Made by a program: the position numbers and the translations under genes. A stretch of DNA of 64,000 bases, taken from assembly GCA_965208905.1 (NCBI GenBank), contig OZ242365.1:1312001-1376000 (forward strand). The letters run 5' to 3'. Source of the DNA: Nitrosopumilaceae archaeon. GTDB taxonomy: Archaea; Thermoproteota; Nitrososphaeria; Nitrososphaerales; Nitrosopumilaceae. A model generated the notes under the pieces. That model was not told the origin of the DNA. It saw nothing but the letters and a program-made list of their open reading frames with translations, and did not search any database. Positions 1-9,130 of this stretch are shown here, piece by piece. Each line of letters opens with the position of its first letter. The first letter of the stretch is position 1.

Positions 1-197
1 GATGTAAAACCATCCAGTGTGTTTGGTAGTTTGAATGGCTGTAGTATATATACCACCACCCTCTCCATATATTCGCCGCCAAACATATACTCTGATACGG
101 CCCTATTGTACACATACCGTACCACATGGCCCATGCGGTGCGCCCAATCTGCAAACAACTCATCCCTGTATAGCGGTACCCTGACTATCCGTATCAT
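1..197 (-). CDS. tnpB: TnpB/Cas12f-like nuclease, 5' part only (runs off window start); paralog of 32790..34145
   Basis: Manual translation from ATG at 197 gives MIRIVRVPLYRDELFADWAHRMGHVVRYVYNRAVSEYMFGGEYMERVVVYILQPFKLP..., colinear with the N-terminus of the 451-aa TnpB. Upstream DNA also aligns, ending in TATGTAATTCCC (297-308). Confidence 0.85.
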   Translation of the reverse strand, partial: MIRIVRVPLYRDELFADWAHRMGHVVRYVYNRAVSEYMFGGEYMERVVVYILQPFKLPNTLDGFT

Positions 198-494
198 AAT
201 GTGTTATACGGTATATGGTATTTAAGGGGATTGATGCAGTCACGAAATCTGTGTTGGGTCAGCATTGACTCTCAAAACAGAGGCTGTGTACTTTTGTATG
301 TAATTCCCCTTCTGTACTATCTACGTGAGTTGGCAACCACTGTAACATGTGTGAGTTGGGGCCGTAGTCGGAGGATCCGATCTTTGTAAGAATGAAAAAG
401 GGCAAAGGGTGATGGTTAGACTGCCAACCTTGTGGCGACCTGTATGGGGGTCATCCACTTGTTGGTTCCTTCGATGGTTATCCCGGCGGCCTAG

Positions 495-956
495 TCAACC
501 GGTCGGTTCAATACATGCCGTACTGCTGATGTACTCGGCAACGAACAGACTATCTATGCGAACCATTGGACCTTCGTTGCCCTGTATGCACTCGGCATGC
601 GTGTGCATGTTATGCTGGTGTGTGCTCAGGTGCAGGATGAGCTGCGCGCCTGTTTCAAGATTGGCTACCCCGACGCGCAGCGAACCGCCGCCGATATGGG
701 CGTTACCTTCGAACTCCTCCTTGGCGTTGGGGAACCGCTCGTACATTGTCAGATACGCCGGATGTTCCGCAAACGCCTCCATCAACTCCTCGTTGGACCG
801 AGTGTCGATGCTCAGCCTCCCAAGATCGCTGTACAGCACCAGCCCGGGGACGACCGTCAGCAGGAACAGGGTGAACAGGGTAATTCCCATGCCTATCCCT
901 AGATAGTATGCAAGGCGTTGAATCTTTTCCAATGGATGGTACCCGCGAACAATCAC
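495..956 (-). CDS. Hypothetical membrane-anchored protein, paralog of 989..1408
   Basis: 153-aa ORF with N-terminal hydrophobic helix; shares AYxxxYERxPxA, GVxNxxTGxQLxL and DxLFxAExxxxTxCI motifs with the neighbour. Confidence 0.7.
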   Translation of the reverse strand: MIVRGYHPLEKIQRLAYYLGIGMGITLFTLFLLTVVPGLVLYSDLGRLSIDTRSNEELMEAFAEHPAYLTMYERFPNAKEEFEGNAHIGGGSLRVGVANLETGAQLILHLSTHQHNMHTHAECIQGNEGPMVRIDSLFVAEYISSTACIEPTG

Positions 957-988
957 ATTTATCTGTGTCTAGCAAATACATCGTCCCG

Positions 989-1408
989 ATGGAGGCCCTC
1001 AAGAAAGCTACCTATATCACGGTCATATCAGTATCACTCATACTATGCGTGATATTCGTGTTGATGGCGATACCCAACCTAGCAACTACCTGGGAACATC
1101 ATCAAGAGCGCATAGATCCCGACGAGGCAATCGCCGCGATACGGGACGATGCCGCCTACCGGGCACTCTACGAACGATACCCAGACGCGGTTGAAAGGGT
1201 CAACCAGGACCGCTACCAGGTGGAACTGGAGGCTGGGGTAATGAACACTGATACCGGCAACCAACTCGTCCTGAGGATATATGCCTTTCCGGGAGACCGC
1301 CACATAACGGTGCATTGCTTCTACATGGCCAACGACGAGGAACAATACGTTGACGGACTATTCGCCGCCGAGTTTGTCAGGACGACAGACTGCATATCCG
1401 CACCATGA
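989..1408 (+). CDS. Hypothetical membrane-anchored protein, paralog of 495..956
   Basis: Likely start ATG 989 (MEALKK) inside ORF 908..1408; TM helix and shared motifs. Confidence 0.7.
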   Translation: MEALKKATYITVISVSLILCVIFVLMAIPNLATTWEHHQERIDPDEAIAAIRDDAAYRALYERYPDAVERVNQDRYQVELEAGVMNTDTGNQLVLRIYAFPGDRHITVHCFYMANDEEQYVDGLFAAEFVRTTDCISAP

Positions 1409-1697
1409 CCGCCGAGGTTATATCGACAGGCAAACCCACCGCAGGTAGTTTTGGGCCGGGCGTGAGCCGAACCCGCTAGGGCCTAGTTTTGAGTGACCTC
1501 CTACCAATTCTTGAGAAAATCAGAGCCCAAACACCCAAAGTCTTTGTGGTGGACTTTTATCTGTAGTGCTGACCAGAACTAGCTACTGCCAAATTGTGAG
1601 ATGAATAACGAATCTAATCTGTATGTCTAAATATTTTGATAAACAGTCATGAAAAATTATCCAAATATCTTTTAAACTCTTAAAACATACAATCTCT

Positions 1698-2621
1698 GTG
1701 ACAGGTAATAGAGCATTGATTATAGGTATTGGTGGCGGATCTAGATTAGCAGAGAATACGTATAACATGCTAGATGCGGACTGCCTAATCGTGTCAACTG
1801 ATACGGCAGACACTGCGTATCCTCATCCACACATACGTATTTTGTGTGATAATATGGTGAATCCTTCGGTAGAATCGATAAGAGCCTCTTCACAGGAGGC
1901 AATGGATAGTTTGTATAGAGTGATGGTTGAGTATGATACTGTAATCGTCCTGGCCAATCTGGCAGGCAGAACGGGAGCTGCTATAGCGCCTCTTATAACA
2001 GAGATGGGCTATAAACTACAAAATACGGTAATATCGTTTTGTATAATGCCATTTCGATTTGAAAAAGATCGTATTTTTAACGCTGGAGTCTCTCTACACA
2101 AAGTTCAAACTAATTCAAACTCTCTGGTTATACTAGATAATGACTCTTTACTAGAATGCAATCCAAATCTTACTATAGATGAGTGCTATCGCGTAGGAAA
2201 CGATGCCCTGGAGAGTGTTCTGGCATCATTTGGCCGCGCCCAATTATCGGGTCAATCTGTAGTTGCAACAGGCCCAGAAAGGAATGATGCAGATGAATCA
2301 CTACATGATGCAATAAAGATGTTATACGCCACAGCGCCCCCCAACAGCGTAAAGCGATCCATAATTTATGTGTCCGGCAACATACCGGTGGGGACTGTTG
2401 AGGAGATATCTAAACTGACTGCCGGAGTTACAGATGCATCTGTAGAGATAGTGACTGAACATGATGATACAGGTGTAATGCTGGTCTCAGCATTGAGTAC
2501 ACTGGGCAAGTTTGAAGCGTATGATCCCTTGAATGACATCCCCACAAAACTTGATGACGAATACCCTGATGGTGTGGGTGTGAAGCTCTTTACAGATACA
2601 GAACTGTATAGTATAGAATAA
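1698..2621 (+). CDS. ftsZ: Divergent FtsZ/tubulin-family GTPase
   Basis: IGIGGGS N-terminal loop, degenerate signature LAGRTGAAIAP, MPFRFE, ILDND. Confidence 0.75.
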   Translation: MTGNRALIIGIGGGSRLAENTYNMLDADCLIVSTDTADTAYPHPHIRILCDNMVNPSVESIRASSQEAMDSLYRVMVEYDTVIVLANLAGRTGAAIAPLITEMGYKLQNTVISFCIMPFRFEKDRIFNAGVSLHKVQTNSNSLVILDNDSLLECNPNLTIDECYRVGNDALESVLASFGRAQLSGQSVVATGPERNDADESLHDAIKMLYATAPPNSVKRSIIYVSGNIPVGTVEEISKLTAGVTDASVEIVTEHDDTGVMLVSALSTLGKFEAYDPLNDIPTKLDDEYPDGVGVKLFTDTELYSIE

Positions 2622-3047
2622 CTATTTTTTATCTTCTTGAGCAGGCGGCGTATCTTCAGTTTTAGATGTGGTGGTCTCTTTTACAGTATCTGCCGACTCA
2701 GTCTGATCTGACTCTATCTGAGGCGTCTCGTCTTCTGCCCTTTCTGGCTTGGTTGCATCAGGCTCACTGACCTCCACCGATGAGGTCAGCTCTCCATCGT
2801 AATTCATCACAATGACAGCGTCAGTAGTATCGTCCTCTATTATCTCTACAGTTATCTTGCGGGGCGGACTCCGAACACCTCGAGCCCATATTGTTTCAGC
2901 CAATTCTGAATCTATCTTTACATGGTCATTTCCAGTGTGGCGCTTTACATATTCTCTGATCATGTTGATCGCTCTAACTGCCCTATGCTGTCTTTGAGAT
3001 AACAACACCTTGCCTAGATTTATCGTGTAGACATTCTCCATGGACAT
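2622..3047 (-). CDS. rpl31e: 50S ribosomal protein L31e
   Basis: YTINL...RAVRAINMIREYVKRH...IWARGVRSPPRKI, acidic tail. Confidence 0.95.
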   Translation of the reverse strand: MSMENVYTINLGKVLLSQRQHRAVRAINMIREYVKRHTGNDHVKIDSELAETIWARGVRSPPRKITVEIIEDDTTDAVIVMNYDGELTSSVEVSEPDATKPERAEDETPQIESDQTESADTVKETTTSKTEDTPPAQEDKK

Positions 3048-3206
3048 TTAACCCACTCTCGTCCTGGCACTTCTCCATGATCTACGTTTTGGATTGGTTC
3101 GTACTCCCTTCTTTGTCTTTAATATGACCCATGTGGGAACAGGTCTTGCCTCTTTTGATTTTTTAATGAGTCGAATCTTACGGGATGATGATTTACGTGC
3201 AGCCAT
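3048..3206 (-). CDS. rpl39e: 50S ribosomal protein L39e (below ORF-track cutoff)
   Basis: Manual translation MAARKSSSRKIRLIKKSKEARPVPTWVILKTKKGVRTNPKRRSWRSARTRVG; directly upstream of rpl31e. Confidence 0.93.
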   Translation of the reverse strand: MAARKSSSRKIRLIKKSKEARPVPTWVILKTKKGVRTNPKRRSWRSARTRVG

Positions 3207-3231
3207 ATCAGATACCAAACAGGTGCTATTT

Positions 3232-3771
3232 TTAAACTATGGTTTTCTTTACTTGGTATAGGATGCGCGCCGTTGCCCCCCAAATTATCATATCCTTGTA
3301 GTATAGATTGAACATATGCGGACCATGCTCGGTATCTGGTTCTAACGTGTCAAGTAGGGGCTCTAGCGGTATCTGTAAAATACGGGATACCTCTGCATTT
3401 GGAGACAATTTTGGGATGTCATTTAGTATGGCCACAAACGGCAGTATCATGAACTTTGAGTTTAGAGTACGAACGGCATCTAACTGCCCGATTACGTTCT
3501 GACGATCAACTCTCAATCCAACCTCTTCGTGAGTCTCCCGTAGTGCCGTGTGACACAAATCAATATCTCCACCCTCGGGCTTACCTCCGGGAAATGATGC
3601 CTCACCAGCATGTATGCGCATATGTTCGGATTTTACGGTCATTATTATGTGCGGACAGCTTCCGTATATGAGCAGTAGTACCGATGCGGGCTTCAAGCCG
3701 TTTGGCTCCAGAGTTGGGTTTAAAGGCGTGTTTAAGCATGACCTAACAGTACTCAAATCCATACATGTCAT
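3232..3771 (-). CDS. Nudix hydrolase, CoA pyrophosphatase type
   Basis: HAGEASFPGG...ALRETHEEVGL Nudix box; IWGATARIL. Confidence 0.9.
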   Translation of the reverse strand: MTCMDLSTVRSCLNTPLNPTLEPNGLKPASVLLLIYGSCPHIIMTVKSEHMRIHAGEASFPGGKPEGGDIDLCHTALRETHEEVGLRVDRQNVIGQLDAVRTLNSKFMILPFVAILNDIPKLSPNAEVSRILQIPLEPLLDTLEPDTEHGPHMFNLYYKDMIIWGATARILYQVKKTIV

Positions 3772-3823
3772 GTATTATGGTGATATTTCAAGAATTTTAA
3801 AGAAGGTATCATAACAACAGTAC

Positions 3824-4558
3824 ATGACCCTGACATATGAGGCAAATCCTCCCAAAGTTACACCAAATACTACAAACACAGACAACATTGTACAATTTGT
3901 GAATAGACTTGGGCGTACGGCCGAAGTATGTGGTGGTATTCACATAACCGAAAATGTTCTGGGGTATAGTCGTGTGTCACCAATATTGGTAGGACATCAT
4001 CTTTACGAGTACATGCCTGGCGTTATAATGACACTCACAATGCGTGTTCGTGACAAAAGCACATCGGAGATAGATGCATTTGTACATGATGCAATAGATG
4101 AAGAGTTTTCAGGTGTACTGGTGGTAGCTGGAGACGGCACTCTGGATTCACCAAACCTGAACCATGCCCCTAGCAGTGTAGTGCGTAGACTGCGCAAGGA
4201 CGGTATAGACAAAAATCTGAAACTATACCTATCTGTACCTGTAAATCCAGTTTATACGCGTATGACATCAAAGATCAATGCGCAGCCGCATGGCTTTATG
4301 ACACAAGTTATACAGGACTACTCTCAGGTGGAGGACATAATGACAAACCTCCCAGACTTTGATATAATTCCAATTGTTCTATATCCGTCTCCCAAAAACC
4401 ACAAAGCCGCCTCATTTCTGCAGATAGATATGTCTCAATATGTCGATAACTTTCCATCATTTGTTGATAAGATACATGATCTGACCGGTAATGTCTTACT
4501 GACCTCCCCCGGAGATCATGCAAGTCTGTATGAGTTTTTGGCGACACATCGATATTAG
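3824..4558 (+). CDS. Methylenetetrahydrofolate reductase-like protein
   Basis: TYEANPPK, LVVAGD and FMTQ motifs; adjacent to methionine synthase domain. Confidence 0.65.
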   Translation: MTLTYEANPPKVTPNTTNTDNIVQFVNRLGRTAEVCGGIHITENVLGYSRVSPILVGHHLYEYMPGVIMTLTMRVRDKSTSEIDAFVHDAIDEEFSGVLVVAGDGTLDSPNLNHAPSSVVRRLRKDGIDKNLKLYLSVPVNPVYTRMTSKINAQPHGFMTQVIQDYSQVEDIMTNLPDFDIIPIVLYPSPKNHKAASFLQIDMSQYVDNFPSFVDKIHDLTGNVLLTSPGDHASLYEFLATHRY

Positions 4559-4691
4559 TGTCGGATGGATTGATACGCAAAACAGAACCACATTTCATAA
4601 GAATATATGTTGATCATAACACGTCAAATTCACAAAGACACTGAATCTGTCTTGTATCGTATAGACATCTCAATCTGTATACATCAGAGCA

Positions 4692-5633
4692 CTATTTGGC
4701 TCGGGAGTCTATTATCTCTCGCATTGCTTTGATGTGTTTTGGATTTGTGCCACAACAACCCCCAATTATGCGGAGGTTGGAAAACTTGTCAAGAAAGTCA
4801 TCCAAGATGGATGCCATCTCATCCGGCTTCATCTTATATACGGCAACTCCGTTATCATTTTCGGGCATTCCTGCATTTGGTACCACAAGTATGGGATGAG
4901 ACGACTCTGCATTCAACCATCTTATACTGGGAGTCATCTCAACAGGACCTGTCGAGCAGTTTAAGCCGAACACATCTATCCCCATATCTGCCACAGTTGT
5001 ATATGCTGCCTGTATTGGTGTCCCCAAAAGCATTCTGCCGTACGGATCCAACGTGGCATTGACAATTATGGGCACTCGCCTCTGTGTGGATTTTTGAGCG
5101 CGTAAGGATCCCTCGATGGCCAACTTTACCTCTAGAATATCCTGACTTGTTTCGATCAATAGTGCATCTGCCCCACCCTGTATCAGTCCGGTAGCTTGCA
5201 GTTCAAAGGCCTTGGATATCTCATCTAGAGGCTTTTGTCCCAAGTCGGGATCATTGGTACTAGGAAGGTATCCTGTGGGTCCCATACTGCCTATGACATA
5301 TCTTGGAGTGTCTGTATACTCTTGGCAGACACTCTTTGCCAACTCGGCCACGTTCTTGTTAAAAGATACTGTACTATGACCAAATCCATACTCATCCAGC
5401 TTTATGGTATTGGAGCTAAATGAGTTTGTCTCAACACAATCCGCCCCGGCATCCAAATATCCCTTATGTATATTGCGTATCCATTCCCGATGTGTGACTG
5501 TCAAACCATCATTAAATCCATCTTGATCATTAGGAAAATCGATTGGCTGTGGATTTAAACTCTGAATCTGTGTGCCCATGGCCCCATCAAACAACAGTAT
5601 CCTGTTTTTGAGTGCTTGAGAAAACGACTCCAC
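4692..5633 (-). CDS. Homocysteine S-methyltransferase (MetH N-terminal homocysteine-binding domain)
   Basis: LFDGAMGT, GLNCSTGP, PNAGMP and IGGCCGT Zn-binding motifs. Confidence 0.92.
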   Translation of the reverse strand: MESFSQALKNRILLFDGAMGTQIQSLNPQPIDFPNDQDGFNDGLTVTHREWIRNIHKGYLDAGADCVETNSFSSNTIKLDEYGFGHSTVSFNKNVAELAKSVCQEYTDTPRYVIGSMGPTGYLPSTNDPDLGQKPLDEISKAFELQATGLIQGGADALLIETSQDILEVKLAIEGSLRAQKSTQRRVPIIVNATLDPYGRMLLGTPIQAAYTTVADMGIDVFGLNCSTGPVEMTPSIRWLNAESSHPILVVPNAGMPENDNGVAVYKMKPDEMASILDDFLDKFSNLRIIGGCCGTNPKHIKAMREIIDSRAK

Positions 5634-5907
5634 GGCTTTTAGACTACCTTTAGTAGTTTATGTCTTTTGACTTTTTCCACAGTATGATATTATTCGTCAG
5701 TATAAGTTATCCAAAATCTAGGTAAAACTAAGAATACCTAGTTCTTGAACCTTCATTTATGGCGATTTTCCTACGATTGAAACTGTCCAGACAAATCCAC
5801 AGACTACATATTTGATCGCATCTACATTGGAGTTGTAACACACTGCGCCTATACAGTGAATCATATCACTATATCTTGATGTCGAATTTCCATAGATAAT
5901 ATGGAGT

Positions 5908-7056
5908 ATGTGCCAATCATACACTGTGCAGATTCAAAATGTAGTCAGAGCAGCCACGTTCTTTCAACACGCAGGTATAGCCATGATTATAGTCTTTATA
6001 CCCATAATGGCCAAAGATATAACTGCGTCATTTCTGGAGGTTGGACTCATTGTAGCCTCGTATAGTCTGGCACAGATACTATCGGAGTTATACTTTGGTC
6101 GAAGGTCTGATGCATCAGGACACCGCATGATATTCATTCGAGCGGGCTTTATCGGATGCGCCATTGTCTTTGGCCTTCATTATTTTGCTACTGATGCATT
6201 GTTACTACTTGTGGCTCGTATATCTGCAGGTATCGTCACGGGCATAATGATACCTGCATTTGTAGCATACTCGTACGAGCTGACCGGTGACGGACGGCAG
6301 GCAGCAACTGTAATATCCTTTCATGCATTGGGCTGGATGGTTGGTATACTGGCCACAGGTGTGGTTGGAGATATAGGCCTGGCATTCTTGGTCAGCTCTG
6401 CCTTTTTTGTTGGGGGATTTGTTTTGACTCTCCGGTTGCCAGAGGCGGGTTTTGGTTCGGGCCCAGTATCAGGTTCCATCCGTCGCATAATATCAAAGAA
6501 CAGATATCTATTTTGGGCAGTACTGCTACGACACATTGCTGCAAGTGCAGTATGGACAATACTGCCAGTGATATTGGTGGAATATATGGATGCGCAACTA
6601 TACCATATATCTGTAATATACGTCGTGAATACATTCACCGCTTTTATAATCATGAATATGATGGTTCACAAGATACAGATCACGGATCGTCGCAAGATAC
6701 AGGTGGGACTAGCCGGAATAATTCCTGCCATTCTAGGAATGTCCATAATAAACGAGTGGTGGATGGCCATGCCGTTTATGGTACTAGTGGGGATATCGTG
6801 GGCCATGCTCTTTGTGGGAGGTAACTTTTACCTAATGGAACGTAATCCACACTCTACATCCTCCGGCCTGTTCAGCTCTACAATATCCGTGGCTACTGTG
6901 ATAGGCCCTGTGATTGGAGGTACGATAGCAGCCATCACCGACTATCAATACGTGATGTATGTATCTGCAATTATAGCGGGCGGTGGTCTGATGTCATCAA
7001 TACTGATACCTACCTTAAGCCCCAACGAGACATCACCCGATCCTCCACCTTCTTGA
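5908..7056 (+). CDS. MFS transporter
   Basis: About 12 hydrophobic segments; motif A-like FGRRSDASGHR. Confidence 0.85.
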   Translation: MCQSYTVQIQNVVRAATFFQHAGIAMIIVFIPIMAKDITASFLEVGLIVASYSLAQILSELYFGRRSDASGHRMIFIRAGFIGCAIVFGLHYFATDALLLLVARISAGIVTGIMIPAFVAYSYELTGDGRQAATVISFHALGWMVGILATGVVGDIGLAFLVSSAFFVGGFVLTLRLPEAGFGSGPVSGSIRRIISKNRYLFWAVLLRHIAASAVWTILPVILVEYMDAQLYHISVIYVVNTFTAFIIMNMMVHKIQITDRRKIQVGLAGIIPAILGMSIINEWWMAMPFMVLVGISWAMLFVGGNFYLMERNPHSTSSGLFSSTISVATVIGPVIGGTIAAITDYQYVMYVSAIIAGGGLMSSILIPTLSPNETSPDPPPS

Positions 7057-7765
7057 AGACGAACCCATCTATACCAATACCAATACCCATTATCAGTATC
7101 ATGATTGCGATTATCTGACTGACATCATTTAGTTGACGTCCTACATTCAACAAGAAACCCAGACCTAAAAATGAGAAGAGTAGCTCAGCGCCAATTACTC
7201 CCCTCCATGCAAAGGCCCAACCTTGCTTAAATCCAGATATTACGTATGGAAATGCTGCAGGTATCAGCAGTCTTATAACCATATCTCTTCCATTTGCGCC
7301 CATGTTTCGAGCCGCTTCAATGTAATGAGGATTGATGTTCTGTATTCCTGAGCTGGTGTTTATGGTTACTGCAAATATGGCGCCTATTGCTGTCACAAAG
7401 ATTATTCCCTCATCGGTAAGACCAAACCAAAGTATTGCCAAGGGCACCCATGCCACAGAAGGTATGGATTGAAGTCCCAAGACCAATGAACCTATGGTTT
7501 GATCAACTATCTTGACTCTGGCCATAAATATTCCCAAGACCAGACCGCCTAAAGCCGCTATTAAAAAGCCAGAGACTAACCTGAAGAGACTAGTCCCCAT
7601 ACCGTGAAACAGACTACCGTCACTGGCCATGAACGCCAAATCTTCAACAACTTGGTATGGTGATGGGAATATGTTGTTGGGCCACAACTCGGACATGGCC
7701 ACCGCCTGCCATACGGCTATAAGTGCAACATAAAATGCTATTTTTTTGGTTAATAAAGGGATCAT
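7010..7765 (-). CDS. ABC transporter permease, SsuC/TauC/NrtB type
   Basis: EAARNMGA EAA motif; LQSIPSVAWVPLAILWFG. Confidence 0.9.
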   Translation of the reverse strand: MIPLLTKKIAFYVALIAVWQAVAMSELWPNNIFPSPYQVVEDLAFMASDGSLFHGMGTSLFRLVSGFLIAALGGLVLGIFMARVKIVDQTIGSLVLGLQSIPSVAWVPLAILWFGLTDEGIIFVTAIGAIFAVTINTSSGIQNINPHYIEAARNMGANGRDMVIRLLIPAAFPYVISGFKQGWAFAWRGVIGAELLFSFLGLGFLLNVGRQLNDVSQIIAIMILIMGIGIGIDGFVFKKVEDRVMSRWGLR

Positions 7766-7989
7766 CTAATATATTCCACCCCTTTGTAATCCTGCAACTC
7801 TTTGATATATCTCACTTGTGGGATTGAGATTGGCAAGTATGCCGACCCGATGAACCATAACCACCAATTCATATCTGTACAGACACATCAAAGACAACCC
7901 TGTGTAATCTTTATATCTAGATTTATTATATCTCGGTCTTTCATACGACCATCTTGATGTGTAGAATGGTGGACTTTAAGAGTATACAT
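7766..7989 (-). pseudogene. Possible decayed remnant of the ABC ATP-binding subunit
   Basis: ATG overlaps the binding-protein stop (TAATG), then a short frame ending in a stop; occupies the usual ATPase slot; similarity weak. Confidence 0.3.
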
Positions 7990-8987
7990 TATGGACTTCC
8001 TGAAATCATGTATAGCCCCTCTAAATTATACCCATTTCGACCTAGATATCCCAAGGCATCTGCACGTTCAGCAAATACGTCTATCGAAGTACTTACTGTG
8101 TCAGTCGTAAAGTGAATGTTCTGTAATGCTATATCTATTATGCCATCCGGAAATGCCCGGCCCAGTTCAGACTCCACATACTTGTTAAACAACTCCCGCG
8201 CCTCTGTGGGGTTTTCACGAATCCAGTGTGCAGTTGAATTATGTGTCTTTAGCCATGCGGATACGGTCTCTGGATTCTCTTCCACAAACTGCTGTCGGGC
8301 TACCAACACTACTGATGCAAACATCCCGTCCTCCCATAGCTCCTCCTCATGGAATAGTCTATGACCATTCAACTCTTCCACAAGAATTGTGGCCCATGGC
8401 TCTGGCACCCAGGCTGCATCTATCTCTCCCTTTACAAAGAGCGTATATGTGTCCGGATTGGCAATATTTAGCACAGTCACACTTCCACCCTTTTCTGCTG
8501 GAACAAGATTGTGCTGTGCAAGATAGTGTCTTAGTGATATGTCCTGACTGTTTCCTATCTGTGGAGCCGAGATTCGAGTGTTATGCAAATCCGATGCTTG
8601 CGCAATCTGTGAGTCTGGGTGTATCACAAAGCTACTTCCGCCACTGGCAGCACCTGATATTATGCGAACCGAGCCGTCTGTAGACTTTAAGAATCCATTT
8701 ATGGCAGGTCCTGGCCCAACATACGCCATATCTATAGAACCCGAAAATAAGGCCTCTATGGCCTGTGGACCACTATCAAACAGTCTGACCTCCAGATTTA
8801 CTTCCTCCCCGATACTCCTCTCGAAAGAACCCATCTCCATACCTATTACGGGAATTGCATGCGCAACATTGGGAAAGAATGCAACTCGAAACCTATTCTC
8901 ATTGGAATCTTCAAGCATCGTGGCATAGACAGCTAGTCCCACCATAACTGCACCCGCACAAGCCATGACTAAAATTTTAGGTATCAC
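7989..8987 (-). CDS. ABC substrate-binding protein, SsuA/TauA type
   Basis: FFPNVAHA, SGPQAIEALFSGSIDMAYVGPGP, AWVPEPW. Confidence 0.88.
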   Translation of the reverse strand: MIPKILVMACAGAVMVGLAVYATMLEDSNENRFRVAFFPNVAHAIPVIGMEMGSFERSIGEEVNLEVRLFDSGPQAIEALFSGSIDMAYVGPGPAINGFLKSTDGSVRIISGAASGGSSFVIHPDSQIAQASDLHNTRISAPQIGNSQDISLRHYLAQHNLVPAEKGGSVTVLNIANPDTYTLFVKGEIDAAWVPEPWATILVEELNGHRLFHEEELWEDGMFASVVLVARQQFVEENPETVSAWLKTHNSTAHWIRENPTEARELFNKYVESELGRAFPDGIIDIALQNIHFTTDTVSTSIDVFAERADALGYLGRNGYNLEGLYMISGSP

Positions 8988-9130
8988 ACATTAGGGGTGT
9001 GTTCCACTAATATAAAACCCCGAAGTCTTCTCCGGCAGCCCTACACTAGTCATTGATGGCCTTGTAAATCGAAAGTTAAATAATCTTGAAGAATAGTATA
9101 TGTTAGAGAAGATATTGAAGGGGTTTAGCT

